From Bacteroidales bacterium (GTDB taxonomy: Bacteria > Bacteroidota > Bacteroidia > Bacteroidales > UBA1402), in contig JAZRWU010000100.1 in NCBI GenBank assembly GCA_045599885.1, forward strand, positions 1 to 40,768: a stretch of DNA of 40,768 nucleotides. The letters run 5' to 3'. Below, piece after piece: positions 8,028-16,474 of this stretch. Position numbers and translations under genes: made by a program. The notes under the pieces are model-generated. The model did not search any database. It had not been told where the DNA came from and was given only the letters and a program-made list of their open reading frames with translations. The stretch's first letter is position 1. Each line of letters opens with the position of its first letter.

Positions 8028-11000
8028 ATGAATCTATCTTTCCATATAGCAAAACGCTATCTGTTTTCCAAGAAGTCGCACAATGCCATCAACCTGATTT
8101 CGCTGATTTCAGTGTTGGGGGTAGCTGCCGCGACTTTGGCTATGGTCTGCGTTTTGTCGGCTTTCAACGGCTTCCAGTCGGTATTGGGCGAATTATATAA
8201 GAATTTCGATCCGGACCTGACCATCACCGCAGCCGAAGGAAAGAGTTTTCAGATTGACGACAGGTTTCTGGCTCTTCAGCAAAGAAAAGAAGTCGCCGTC
8301 TATTGTGAGTCCATCGAAGAGAATTGCCTTATCCGATACAAGGACAATCAGACAGGCGGCATTGTCAAAGGCGTGAGCCCCAACTACGATGCTCTCAGCC
8401 ATCTTGGTGAGAGTCTGACGGCCGGCGACTTCATATTGGAGAATCAAGACATTGACTTCGCCCTGGTCGGCAGCGGCCTTTCCTCTTCTCTGGGAACCGG
8501 ATTCTCGATGATTGACCCTATCAGTCTCTATGCCCCCAAACGGAATGCTAAAGTCAATCTGGCCAATCCGGCTGCCGCCTTCAAGTCCGAACGGATATTG
8601 ATGTCCGGCATTTTCTGTATCGGTCAGCCGGAATATGACGATGCTTACGTCATTGTCCCCCTTCACACGGCCAGAGAGTTGTTCGGTTATGGTTCCGATG
8701 AAGTCGGATCCATCGAGTTGAGGCTCGCCAAAGGTGTGCGCGCCGACAATTTCAAGAAAGAGCTGCAGGAAGACTTGGGCGAAGACTATGTTGTCCGGGA
8801 TTTCTTTGAGCTGAAAGCCGAATTCTACCGCATCAACCGGGTGGAGAAATGGGTCACTTACCTGATGCTCTGCTTCATTCTGCTGATAGCGCTTTTCAAT
8901 GTCATCGGTTCACTGTCTATGCTTATCATTGAGAAACAGAAAGATGTTCAAGTACTTGCCAGCATGGGTGCCGATGATGGGATGCTGAAGAAAATCTTCT
9001 TGTGGGAAGGCTGGATGATTTCCGCCATCGGAGCCCTGACCGGAATCATACTCGGATGTCTGCTTTGCTGGTGCCAGCAAAAGTTCGGATGGCTCAAACT
9101 GGGAGACGGTTCCTTCATCGTTGAGGCATATCCTATCAGAATTCATCCTGCAGACTTGGTTTTCGTCCTGATAACCGCTCTCATTGTGAGCATCCCTTCT
9201 GTATGGTGGCCTGTCCGTTATATTTTCGGGAAAAAGGAGAAAAAGCCAATGAAAACGGGTCATGGGACGCTTGTCCTTCTTCTTTTCCTTTCGGTTTTTC
9301 TTTGGCCCCAAAAAGCCGGTGCCCAACTTTCATGGGGAGGGCATCCGTATTCGGACAGCGAACTGAAAGCAGCACGCACAAGAGCTTTGGTCCAGAGCCA
9401 TCACAGTACTGTCGTCGATTTACCGCATTTCAATCTGGATTCCATCCGTAAAATCAATGCGGATTACTTCAATCCTCACGGACCTCAGCCATTCGCACAC
9501 CGCATTCCCGTCGATTTCAATCCCGACAATTCCGGAGAGACCTTCTACACCGAAGACCACACACGGGTTTGGAGACTCCATCTGAGGTCGGAAGGTGCCT
9601 ATTCACTCAACATCGTTTTTGAGAAATTCCGTATTCCTCCCGGTGCCGAACTTTTTCTCTACAATCCGGACCGGAGTCAGGTTCTTGGTGCCTATACCGA
9701 ACGTAATATGCAGGCAGGCGGCGAATTCCCCATTGAGCCGGTTGACGGAGATGAGCTGATTATCGAATATCACGAACCCGATGATGCCTTGTTCCGAGGG
9801 GAATTACAGATTTACGGTATCAACCATGACTATCTTGGCCTGAGAGTGGGACGCAAATTCAATTATCTGAAAATGCCCTGTCTGCCTCATCTCAGCTGCC
9901 ATGAAGAATATGCGGAAATCGGCAGAAGTGTCTGCCTGCTCATTGTGGACGGAAAAGAATACTGCACCGGCGTTTTTGTCAACAATTCCTCTCTCGACGG
10001 CCGGCCTTTTCTGCTGACGGCCGGACATTGTTTTGACAACGAGAATCCGGAATTGGGCGCACGGACACTTGTCTTTATGAATTATGAATCGCCCCGCTGC
10101 CTGAGTCAGATTCAAGGTTCGGAAGAATTTTCGCTTTCAGGCTGCGTCACACGTGCCATTGCCAAGGACTTGGATTTCGCGTTACTGGAACTGGAACAGA
10201 TGCCGCCCGCAGATTACCGTCCCTATCTGGCAGGCTGGGATATCCGCACAGACTCCAGCGCACAACATCAAAGCCCTTTCGTTTGCATCCATCATCCATA
10301 CGGTGAAGTGAAACGTTTTGCTGTGGAAAACGACAGCCTTGGGAGAAAATCGTGGCCACAAGTCTATCAGGATGACATTTTAGATGGAATACATTGGCAT
10401 ATCCGGCAATGGGAAACCGGTCATACCTGGTCTGGTTCCTCGGGTTCACCTCTTTTCAATAAAGACTTCCATCTGGTCGGAACTTTGACAGGAGGCGATT
10501 CCGGTGGCAATAACGGCTGCAGTGAATACGAAACCGGCGACTTTTTCGTCAATCTCGGTCAAATCTGGGATTATTATCCGGAACCTTCGCGTCAGTTGAA
10601 GCACTGGCTCGATCCCGGTGACACACAAACGCTTGTACTTGACGGTGCGGATCCTTGGAAAGAGCATCCCTCATACAGATTGAGCAATATCCATTCCAAT
10701 GACTCCATTGAGGATTTTCATATTCCTTCGTATGGATATCTCCTCGGTCACAATGCCGATCAATACAGTTTTGCGGAAGAATTCCATACGGACAGCACCG
10801 TGGCCATCCTCGGTTTGTATCTGATGGCGGCCAAAGGCACATACAATATAGCCCAACCTATTTATCTTGACATTCTGGACGGGGACTACACAGATTCTGT
10901 TCTTGCCTCCGCAGTCATGAACCCCAGCTATCTCGACTATAAATCCAGGAAATTTTTCACCACTACCAAAAACGATTTCTCTCTCAAGGAAAATTTTATC

Positions 11001-11495
11001 CGTTTTGATTCCGCAGTATTTGTGGGGAATCATTTCATCGTGCGCTGTATTACTTCATATCCTTCCCGTGCCGAGGTGGATACTTTCGCTCTTTTTGGTG
11101 CCAGGACATCCGTCAACACAGCCTTATTCAATGACCATGATGTTCTGACGGCATTCCCCCATCACAAATTGTCGCCTCATTCTCTTTCTGCCTGGATAGA
11201 ACCTCTTGTCCAATATGCAAAGATGATTTCTCCCGTTGAGCCGACGCCTGTCCAAAACGCGATTCAGACAGCCTATTCTCCCACAGGACATTTTCTTCAC
11301 CTCGTTCTTCCCGACAATTGGACCCGTTCTTTCCAATTTGAACTGATTGACTGCTCGGGCAAAAAGGTGCTTTCCAAACGTCTGCTGAAAAGCCAGAATG
11401 GGACAGAATTGCCGGAAGGAATTCTTAAAGGATTATATATCATACAATTGTACGACAACTTGCATCATTATCACAATAAAATAATGATATACTGA
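8028..11495 (+). CDS. continuous 1155-aa ORF: LolE/FtsX-family permease (8028..9248) read through in frame into a secreted S1 serine protease with a T9SS C-terminal domain (9249..11495)
   Basis: ATG 8028 lies 7 nt after the rbfA stop. The track start at 7881 overlaps rbfA and is rejected. The N-terminal 407 aa (MNLSFHIAKRYLFSKKSHNAINLISL...) form a 4-TM FtsX/LolCE permease. No stop codon precedes ATG 9249. The downstream part is described in the next feature. Confidence 0.6.
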   Translation: MNLSFHIAKRYLFSKKSHNAINLISLISVLGVAAATLAMVCVLSAFNGFQSVLGELYKNFDPDLTITAAEGKSFQIDDRFLALQQRKEVAVYCESIEENCLIRYKDNQTGGIVKGVSPNYDALSHLGESLTAGDFILENQDIDFALVGSGLSSSLGTGFSMIDPISLYAPKRNAKVNLANPAAAFKSERILMSGIFCIGQPEYDDAYVIVPLHTARELFGYGSDEVGSIELRLAKGVRADNFKKELQEDLGEDYVVRDFFELKAEFYRINRVEKWVTYLMLCFILLIALFNVIGSLSMLIIEKQKDVQVLASMGADDGMLKKIFLWEGWMISAIGALTGIILGCLLCWCQQKFGWLKLGDGSFIVEAYPIRIHPADLVFVLITALIVSIPSVWWPVRYIFGKKEKKPMKTGHGTLVLLLFLSVFLWPQKAGAQLSWGGHPYSDSELKAARTRALVQSHHSTVVDLPHFNLDSIRKINADYFNPHGPQPFAHRIPVDFNPDNSGETFYTEDHTRVWRLHLRSEGAYSLNIVFEKFRIPPGAELFLYNPDRSQVLGAYTERNMQAGGEFPIEPVDGDELIIEYHEPDDALFRGELQIYGINHDYLGLRVGRKFNYLKMPCLPHLSCHEEYAEIGRSVCLLIVDGKEYCTGVFVNNSSLDGRPFLLTAGHCFDNENPELGARTLVFMNYESPRCLSQIQGSEEFSLSGCVTRAIAKDLDFALLELEQMPPADYRPYLAGWDIRTDSSAQHQSPFVCIHHPYGEVKRFAVENDSLGRKSWPQVYQDDILDGIHWHIRQWETGHTWSGSSGSPLFNKDFHLVGTLTGGDSGGNNGCSEYETGDFFVNLGQIWDYYPEPSRQLKHWLDPGDTQTLVLDGADPWKEHPSYRLSNIHSNDSIEDFHIPSYGYLLGHNADQYSFAEEFHTDSTVAILGLYLMAAKGTYNIAQPIYLDILDGDYTDSVLASAVMNPSYLDYKSRKFFTTTKNDFSLKENFIRFDSAVFVGNHFIVRCITSYPSRAEVDTFALFGARTSVNTALFNDHDVLTAFPHHKLSPHSLSAWIEPLVQYAKMISPVEPTPVQNAIQTAYSPTGHFLHLVLPDNWTRSFQFELIDCSGKKVLSKRLLKSQNGTELPEGILKGLYIIQLYDNLHHYHNKIMIY
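9249..11495 (+). CDS. alternative internal-start product: trypsin-like (lysyl-endopeptidase-like) S1 serine protease, T9SS cargo
   Basis: MKTGHGTLVLLLFLSVFLWPQKAGAQ is a Sec signal peptide. The catalytic signatures are LLTAGHC (His codon 10026..10028), DLDFALLEL and WSGSSGSPLF (Ser codon 10440..10442). The last ~75 aa (...GLYIIQLYDNLHHYHNKIMIY) resemble a T9SS type A sorting domain. A T9SS cargo needs an N-terminal signal, which supports independent initiation here. Confidence 0.5.
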   Translation: MKTGHGTLVLLLFLSVFLWPQKAGAQLSWGGHPYSDSELKAARTRALVQSHHSTVVDLPHFNLDSIRKINADYFNPHGPQPFAHRIPVDFNPDNSGETFYTEDHTRVWRLHLRSEGAYSLNIVFEKFRIPPGAELFLYNPDRSQVLGAYTERNMQAGGEFPIEPVDGDELIIEYHEPDDALFRGELQIYGINHDYLGLRVGRKFNYLKMPCLPHLSCHEEYAEIGRSVCLLIVDGKEYCTGVFVNNSSLDGRPFLLTAGHCFDNENPELGARTLVFMNYESPRCLSQIQGSEEFSLSGCVTRAIAKDLDFALLELEQMPPADYRPYLAGWDIRTDSSAQHQSPFVCIHHPYGEVKRFAVENDSLGRKSWPQVYQDDILDGIHWHIRQWETGHTWSGSSGSPLFNKDFHLVGTLTGGDSGGNNGCSEYETGDFFVNLGQIWDYYPEPSRQLKHWLDPGDTQTLVLDGADPWKEHPSYRLSNIHSNDSIEDFHIPSYGYLLGHNADQYSFAEEFHTDSTVAILGLYLMAAKGTYNIAQPIYLDILDGDYTDSVLASAVMNPSYLDYKSRKFFTTTKNDFSLKENFIRFDSAVFVGNHFIVRCITSYPSRAEVDTFALFGARTSVNTALFNDHDVLTAFPHHKLSPHSLSAWIEPLVQYAKMISPVEPTPVQNAIQTAYSPTGHFLHLVLPDNWTRSFQFELIDCSGKKVLSKRLLKSQNGTELPEGILKGLYIIQLYDNLHHYHNKIMIY

Positions 11496-11535
11496 TTTTT
11501 TTTGAAGGAGAATATAAATATTAGCATTAAAAACG

Positions 11536-11543
11536 TATTTTTG
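11536..11543 (+). promoter_or_regulatory. -7 promoter box (TATTTTTG)
   Basis: Exact TAnnTTTG match about 45 nt upstream of ATG 11588. Confidence 0.4.
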
Positions 11544-11587
11544 CAACCAAATCTGAAACATCATAACCAATTACTAAATAATAAATT

Positions 11588-13276
11588 ATGAAAAGAATCC
11601 TCTCACTTACCGCATTTTGCGTCTGCCTTCTGGCAATGAGTTCCTGCGGTAATAAACTGGCTTTGGACCGCGATTACCTTACTGTCACCCCGCAAGTGCT
11701 TGAAGAAGTAGGTGGTAAAGTTGAAGCCACTATTGACGGTGTCTTCCCCGCCAAAGCATTTCCCGCCAAATCGACTGTCACCATCACTCCTGTTTTGAAA
11801 TACGCCGGTGGAGAAAGCCTCAGTGCTCCGGTTTCTTTCCAAGGAGAGAAAGTCAACGGCAACAATAAGGTTATCTCCTCCAAGAACGGTGGCGCTTTCT
11901 CGATGAAAGCCTCATATGACTATGCTCCCGAAATGAACCGTTCCGAGCTTTTCGCCCGCGTCGATGTGACGAAAGGAAAGAAAACCAAAACGATGAAAGA
12001 TCTCAAACTGGCTGACGGTGTTATCTGCACCGAAGGATTGGCTGACGCGCGCAACACCAAACCCGCCATCAGTGACGACCGTTATCAGCGCATTGTCAAA
12101 GAAGTGACCGAGGCCAACATCCAATTCCAGATGCAGCAGGCCAATGTCCGTGGCAGCGAACTGAAAACCAACGATGTCAGAGCCTTAGCATACGCTATCG
12201 CCCTTACAGCATTCGCCTCGGACCGTGAGCTCTCCAACATTTCCGTCTCTTCCTACGCCTCTCCTGACGGCTCGATGGAACTGAACGAAAACCTGGCTGC
12301 CCAGCGTGAGAAGAACACCATTTCTTATCTGAACAAGGAAATGAAGCAGTCGAACATCAAACAAGCCATTGACGCCGATTTCACAGCCGAAGACTGGGAA
12401 GGTTTCAAAGAGCTGCTTGAAGCTTCCGACATTCAAGACAAAGACATCATTCTCCGTGTTTTGTCAATGTATTCAGATCCCGAGACCCGCGAACAGGAAA
12501 TCAAAAACCTCGCCACGGCCTACAAATCTCTAGCCGATGACATTCTGCCCAAACTCCGCCGTTCAAAAATGGCCGTCACCGTGGATGTAATCGGACGTTC
12601 AGATGAGCAAATTCAGTCGGAAATCAACAAACCGGTTGACTTGAGCATCGATGAGATTCTTTATGCCGCCACGCTGACCGACAAGGATGCCGAAAAAGAA
12701 GAAATCTATATGGCTGCCATCGGTTATTATCCTGACGAATACAGAGCCTACAACAATATGGGTTCTCTCAAATTTGCCCAAGGCGATTACTATCAGGCCA
12801 AAGCTTGGTTTGACAAAGCTTACAAAATCGCCCAGGCCCCGGAAGTATGCTCCAATCTGGCTCTCTGCGCCATGGCCACCGGAGAAAATCTTGAAACAGT
12901 TTCGAGTTATCTCAACAAGGCCGCCGGTGCCAGCAACTTCGATGAGATTATGGGTCTTTACAATGTCAAGACCGGTGAATATGCCGATGCTGTCAAGAAT
13001 TACGCAGATGAGATTTCAAACAACGCAGCTTTAGCTCAGATTCTGGCAAAGGATTACAACAAGGCCAAGAGGACTTTGGAGGCTATCACTAATCCCGACG
13101 CTCAGACCTACTATCTGTCCGCCATCAACGCCGCCCGCAGCAACAACAAGGCTGAAGTTATCAGCGCTCTCAAGTCGGCCATCTCTCTTGACGCTTCTTA
13201 CGCCAAGAAAGCCGCCACTGACATTGAGTTTGCCAAATATGTGACCGATGCCGCATTTGCCGCTCTTTTGAAGTGA
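11588..13276 (+). CDS. lipoprotein with C-terminal TPR-like repeats (function unknown)
   Basis: The signal plus lipobox-like segment is MKRILSLTAFCVCLLAMSSCG. The central segment ISVSSYASPDGSMELNENLAAQREKNTISYL is reminiscent of OmpA-like modules. The C-terminal helical repeats (AYNNMGSLKFAQGDYYQAKAWFDKAY...) are TPR-like. Confidence 0.7.
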   Translation: MKRILSLTAFCVCLLAMSSCGNKLALDRDYLTVTPQVLEEVGGKVEATIDGVFPAKAFPAKSTVTITPVLKYAGGESLSAPVSFQGEKVNGNNKVISSKNGGAFSMKASYDYAPEMNRSELFARVDVTKGKKTKTMKDLKLADGVICTEGLADARNTKPAISDDRYQRIVKEVTEANIQFQMQQANVRGSELKTNDVRALAYAIALTAFASDRELSNISVSSYASPDGSMELNENLAAQREKNTISYLNKEMKQSNIKQAIDADFTAEDWEGFKELLEASDIQDKDIILRVLSMYSDPETREQEIKNLATAYKSLADDILPKLRRSKMAVTVDVIGRSDEQIQSEINKPVDLSIDEILYAATLTDKDAEKEEIYMAAIGYYPDEYRAYNNMGSLKFAQGDYYQAKAWFDKAYKIAQAPEVCSNLALCAMATGENLETVSSYLNKAAGASNFDEIMGLYNVKTGEYADAVKNYADEISNNAALAQILAKDYNKAKRTLEAITNPDAQTYYLSAINAARSNNKAEVISALKSAISLDASYAKKAATDIEFAKYVTDAAFAALLK

Positions 13277-13296
13277 TTTTGAGTCATAAATAATGG

Positions 13297-13328
13297 AATG
13301 CCGCCGGGTTGGACAACCCGGCGGCATT
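13297..13328. terminator. bidirectional rho-independent terminator between convergent genes
   Basis: Perfect 14-bp stem aatgccgccgggtt / aacccggcggcatt with loop ggac, followed by tctctttt on the plus strand. Confidence 0.8.
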
Positions 13329-13355
13329 CTCTTTTCCTGCTTCGAGAATCCTATT

Positions 13356-14159
13356 TCAGACTTCCGTCCTCAAACTCTCCGCCACGACCGACTGACTGAA
13401 ACGGGCCAATTCCACAGTATCCGCAAAATCGGCTGGATAGATAACTTTCAGAAAACGGATTCTGACCAGAGTCGGTCTATATAGGAAATTCTTTCGGATT
13501 CGCTCCGTCCCGTCAAAAGACATCAGAACAACAGGCAATTGAGCTATAGTGGCGATTTTGAAGCTCCCGGCTTTGAAAGGGAGCAACGATCCGGCTTGGC
13601 GGTTGCGTTTCCCCTCCGGATAAATTCCAATGCAATAGCCCTCTTCCCGAGCCATTCCGGCCGCTTTTTCTATAGCCCCGAGCGCATTCCGGTTATGATT
13701 ACGGTCAATGGAAATATATCCGTTTCGGGCCATCATTTTCCCCACAACAGGAATTCTGAAATTCTCCGGCTTGGAAATAAACGCCAATTTACGGTGTGAC
13801 AAAATGGAAAAAGCCAGAATGGGGTCAAAACGTGAGCGGTGATTGCCCACCAATAAAAACGGTTCCTTCGGAAGAAGTTCCATTCCCTCGATTTTCCAAT
13901 GGACTTTGCACAGCATACAGACCGCCTGTCCGCAAGCCGTCATCGTATAATGATACAAAGGGCTGTAATGCTTATCGCTATGTTCTCTGTCAATCGTACA
14001 CGACAACAATACGGTCCACAAAACGACAAGAACGGAACAGACATAATAGCTCAGAAGGCCCACCGCAAAAACAATCCACACATGAGCCAAAGTCAGTCCG
14101 GATATCCAATATGTGACCAGACCGGCTACTATCCCTATGAGGGCGAAGCATTTTTTCAT
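13356..14159 (-). CDS. 1-acyl-sn-glycerol-3-phosphate (lysophospholipid) acyltransferase family protein
   Basis: HX4D acyltransferase motif in LVGNHRSRFDP, then GIYPEGKRN. The N-terminus is hydrophobic. The track start at 14162 is TTG. ATG 14159 overlaps the upstream TGA by 1 nt. Confidence 0.85.
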   Translation of the reverse strand: MKKCFALIGIVAGLVTYWISGLTLAHVWIVFAVGLLSYYVCSVLVVLWTVLLSCTIDREHSDKHYSPLYHYTMTACGQAVCMLCKVHWKIEGMELLPKEPFLLVGNHRSRFDPILAFSILSHRKLAFISKPENFRIPVVGKMMARNGYISIDRNHNRNALGAIEKAAGMAREEGYCIGIYPEGKRNRQAGSLLPFKAGSFKIATIAQLPVVLMSFDGTERIRKNFLYRPTLVRIRFLKVIYPADFADTVELARFSQSVVAESLRTEV

Positions 14160-15049
14160 CAAGACGGAATAATCAGATTAACAGCACGTTCCATAATATC
14201 GACTTGGAACACCGTACCGGAAACAATCTCCCCGTCAAGGCATAAGTTGATTTCTCTGTCGGAACTGATGCGTATATGCTTGCACTGACGGTACTCCAGT
14301 ATATTCTTGAACTTCGGGTTGTCCAAATGATGACCGTCACGATACTCTCTCACCAGACGGACAAAACGCCAGAGACTGACGCAATGGCACAGACAGACAT
14401 CTATCAGGCCGTCATCGTTCAGGGCTTTCGGCGCACAGCAGAATTCTCCACCGACGTAACGGTTGTTGGACAAAGTGCAAAGCAGCATCTTTTCACGACT
14501 GATCTGCTCACCCTCCGCTTCCACCCGGATTCTATTGAAACGTGAGGTGAAAAGAGCATTGACAATACCCCAGCGATAGGAGTTCTTACCTCCGCGTTCG
14601 CTGATACGGTTGGCCACCGCCGCCACTTTGGCGTCAAAACCGAAATTACAGATATTTATGGAATAAAAACCATTGACTTTCATGATGTCAATCGGCTTAC
14701 AAGTCCCTTCAAACAGTTTTTTCAGATCTGAGAAATCCTTGTCCGGATAGTATTTTATGAAATCATTCCCGCTGCCAAACGGGATGATTGCCAAATATTT
14801 GTGGCTATGGCCCACCAAAGCGGAAGCCACTTCGTTGATTGTTCCGTCACCGCCACAAGCCACAAAACAGATTTCTTCGTCTGGACAACTCTCACAACGC
14901 TGCTGCACAAACGAAGTGGCGTCGCGACGCTCTTTGGTACGGTATAATTCATACTCAACCAGACCTTTATATGGCTCCAGCCTTTTCTGAAGAATTCCAA
15001 ACACCTTCGCTTTCTCAGGTTGCGAATTGACTACAAATATGTATTTCAT
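14159..15049 (-). CDS. diacylglycerol kinase-family lipid kinase (YegS/DagK-like)
   Basis: Contains the DAGK catalytic-domain motif CGGDGTINEV and the segment IIPFGSGNDF. Confidence 0.85.
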   Translation of the reverse strand: MKYIFVVNSQPEKAKVFGILQKRLEPYKGLVEYELYRTKERRDATSFVQQRCESCPDEEICFVACGGDGTINEVASALVGHSHKYLAIIPFGSGNDFIKYYPDKDFSDLKKLFEGTCKPIDIMKVNGFYSINICNFGFDAKVAAVANRISERGGKNSYRWGIVNALFTSRFNRIRVEAEGEQISREKMLLCTLSNNRYVGGEFCCAPKALNDDGLIDVCLCHCVSLWRFVRLVREYRDGHHLDNPKFKNILEYRQCKHIRISSDREINLCLDGEIVSGTVFQVDIMERAVNLIIPS

Positions 15050-15068
15050 TTTTCAGTACAGAAAACAT

Positions 15069-15740
15069 TCATTCCAAATATCCTTCTGGCGGGACGATTT
15101 TTCCATCACGCATTTCTATGATACGGTCTGTCAAGGAGGCCAGTTCCTTATCGTGGGTGACAATGACAAAAGTCTGGCCGAACTTATCACGCAAGTCGAA
15201 AAAAAGTTGATGAAGTTCCGCCTTGTTCTGACTGTCCAGACTTCCTGAAGGCTCGTCGGCCAAAACCACTTTGGGACTGTTGACCAACGATCTCGCCACC
15301 GCCACGCGCTGATTCTCACCTCCCGACATTTCAGAAGGTTTATGATGAGCTCGGGATGACAAGCCAAGATAATCAAGCAGTTCCGCAGCTCTGTTCTCTG
15401 CCTGACGACGGCTCTGTCCGGCAATCAGTGCGGGAATGCTCACATTTTCCAAGGCTGTGAATTCTGGGAGAAGCTGGTGAAACTGGAAAACAAAACCGAT
15501 ATTCCTGTTTCGGAACTCTGCCTGCTGACGGAGATTCAGTTCCATGATGTTTTTCCCATCTACCCAAACACGGCCGCTGTCTGCCCTGTCCAAACTGCCG
15601 AGAATCTGAAGCAGAGTAGTTTTGCCGGCACCGCTTGGTCCGACGACAGACACCACTTCCCCTTCCTTGACTTGCAACGAGATGCCTTTCAACACCTCGA
15701 GTGGACCAAAACTTTTATGGACATCCTCAACTACTATCAT
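15069..15740 (-). CDS. lolD: ABC transporter ATP-binding protein, LolD-like
   Basis: Walker [10 protein letters not shown], signature [14 protein letters not shown] and Walker [16 protein letters not shown] 15740 overlaps the tcdA stop as ATGA. The track start at 15779 is TTG. Confidence 0.85.
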   Translation of the reverse strand: MIVVEDVHKSFGPLEVLKGISLQVKEGEVVSVVGPSGAGKTTLLQILGSLDRADSGRVWVDGKNIMELNLRQQAEFRNRNIGFVFQFHQLLPEFTALENVSIPALIAGQSRRQAENRAAELLDYLGLSSRAHHKPSEMSGGENQRVAVARSLVNSPKVVLADEPSGSLDSQNKAELHQLFFDLRDKFGQTFVIVTHDKELASLTDRIIEMRDGKIVPPEGYLE

Positions 15741-16474
15741 CGTATCAATTTTTGAATTACATAAGAGGCTAAATGACAAGCAAACACGGCTGGCATATAG
15801 GAAAGTGTTCCCGGCACCAGACGTTCACCTGACTGTCGGAAAGAGTCGGGTATGTGCGCCAAATCGGGAGTTTCCGGAGAAAAAACCACCGGTATCCCCT
15901 GATGTATCTCCAATTTAGCTAAATGCTTGCGGACACTCCTCGCCAAACTGCATTGCTTTGTCTCTGAAATATCGCAACATATCACTTTATCGGGTTGGAA
16001 TTTTCCTGCTGCTCCCATAGCCGACACGACTGCTTGAGCATGTCGGTGACAGGATGCCAGCAGACTGACCTTGGACGGCACTGTATCAATGGCATCGACT
16101 ACAAAATCGTATGCCGACGGCTGCTCAAACATCCCTTGTCTCAATACAAAAGCGTCAGCCTCCGTGTCTTGAAGGAAATGATGAAAAAGAACCGTCTGAA
16201 CCTCAGGATTGATATCATGCAGACGTCTGTCCATCACCTCCACTTTGGCTTGCTCGAGGGTTGATCGCATGGCCAGAATCTGACGGTTGCAATTGCTCAG
16301 AGAGACCTCGTCTCCATCCAGGAGTGTCAGATGACCGACACCGGCACGGCAAAGAAACTCTGCGACGTATGCACCGACTCCGCCCACACCGACAAGCGCG
16401 ACATGAGACTTTGCCAGTTTTCTCACAGCATCCTCACCAATCAGGAACATCGTTTTGTCTGTCCAATCATTCAT
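15737..16474 (-). CDS. tcdA: tRNA threonylcarbamoyladenosine dehydratase (ThiF/MoeB-family)
   Basis: Contains the [41 protein letters not shown] nucleotide-binding fold. The size is typical of TcdA/CsdL. Confidence 0.85.
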   Translation of the reverse strand: MNDWTDKTMFLIGEDAVRKLAKSHVALVGVGGVGAYVAEFLCRAGVGHLTLLDGDEVSLSNCNRQILAMRSTLEQAKVEVMDRRLHDINPEVQTVLFHHFLQDTEADAFVLRQGMFEQPSAYDFVVDAIDTVPSKVSLLASCHRHAQAVVSAMGAAGKFQPDKVICCDISETKQCSLARSVRKHLAKLEIHQGIPVVFSPETPDLAHIPDSFRQSGERLVPGTLSYMPAVFACHLASYVIQKLIR

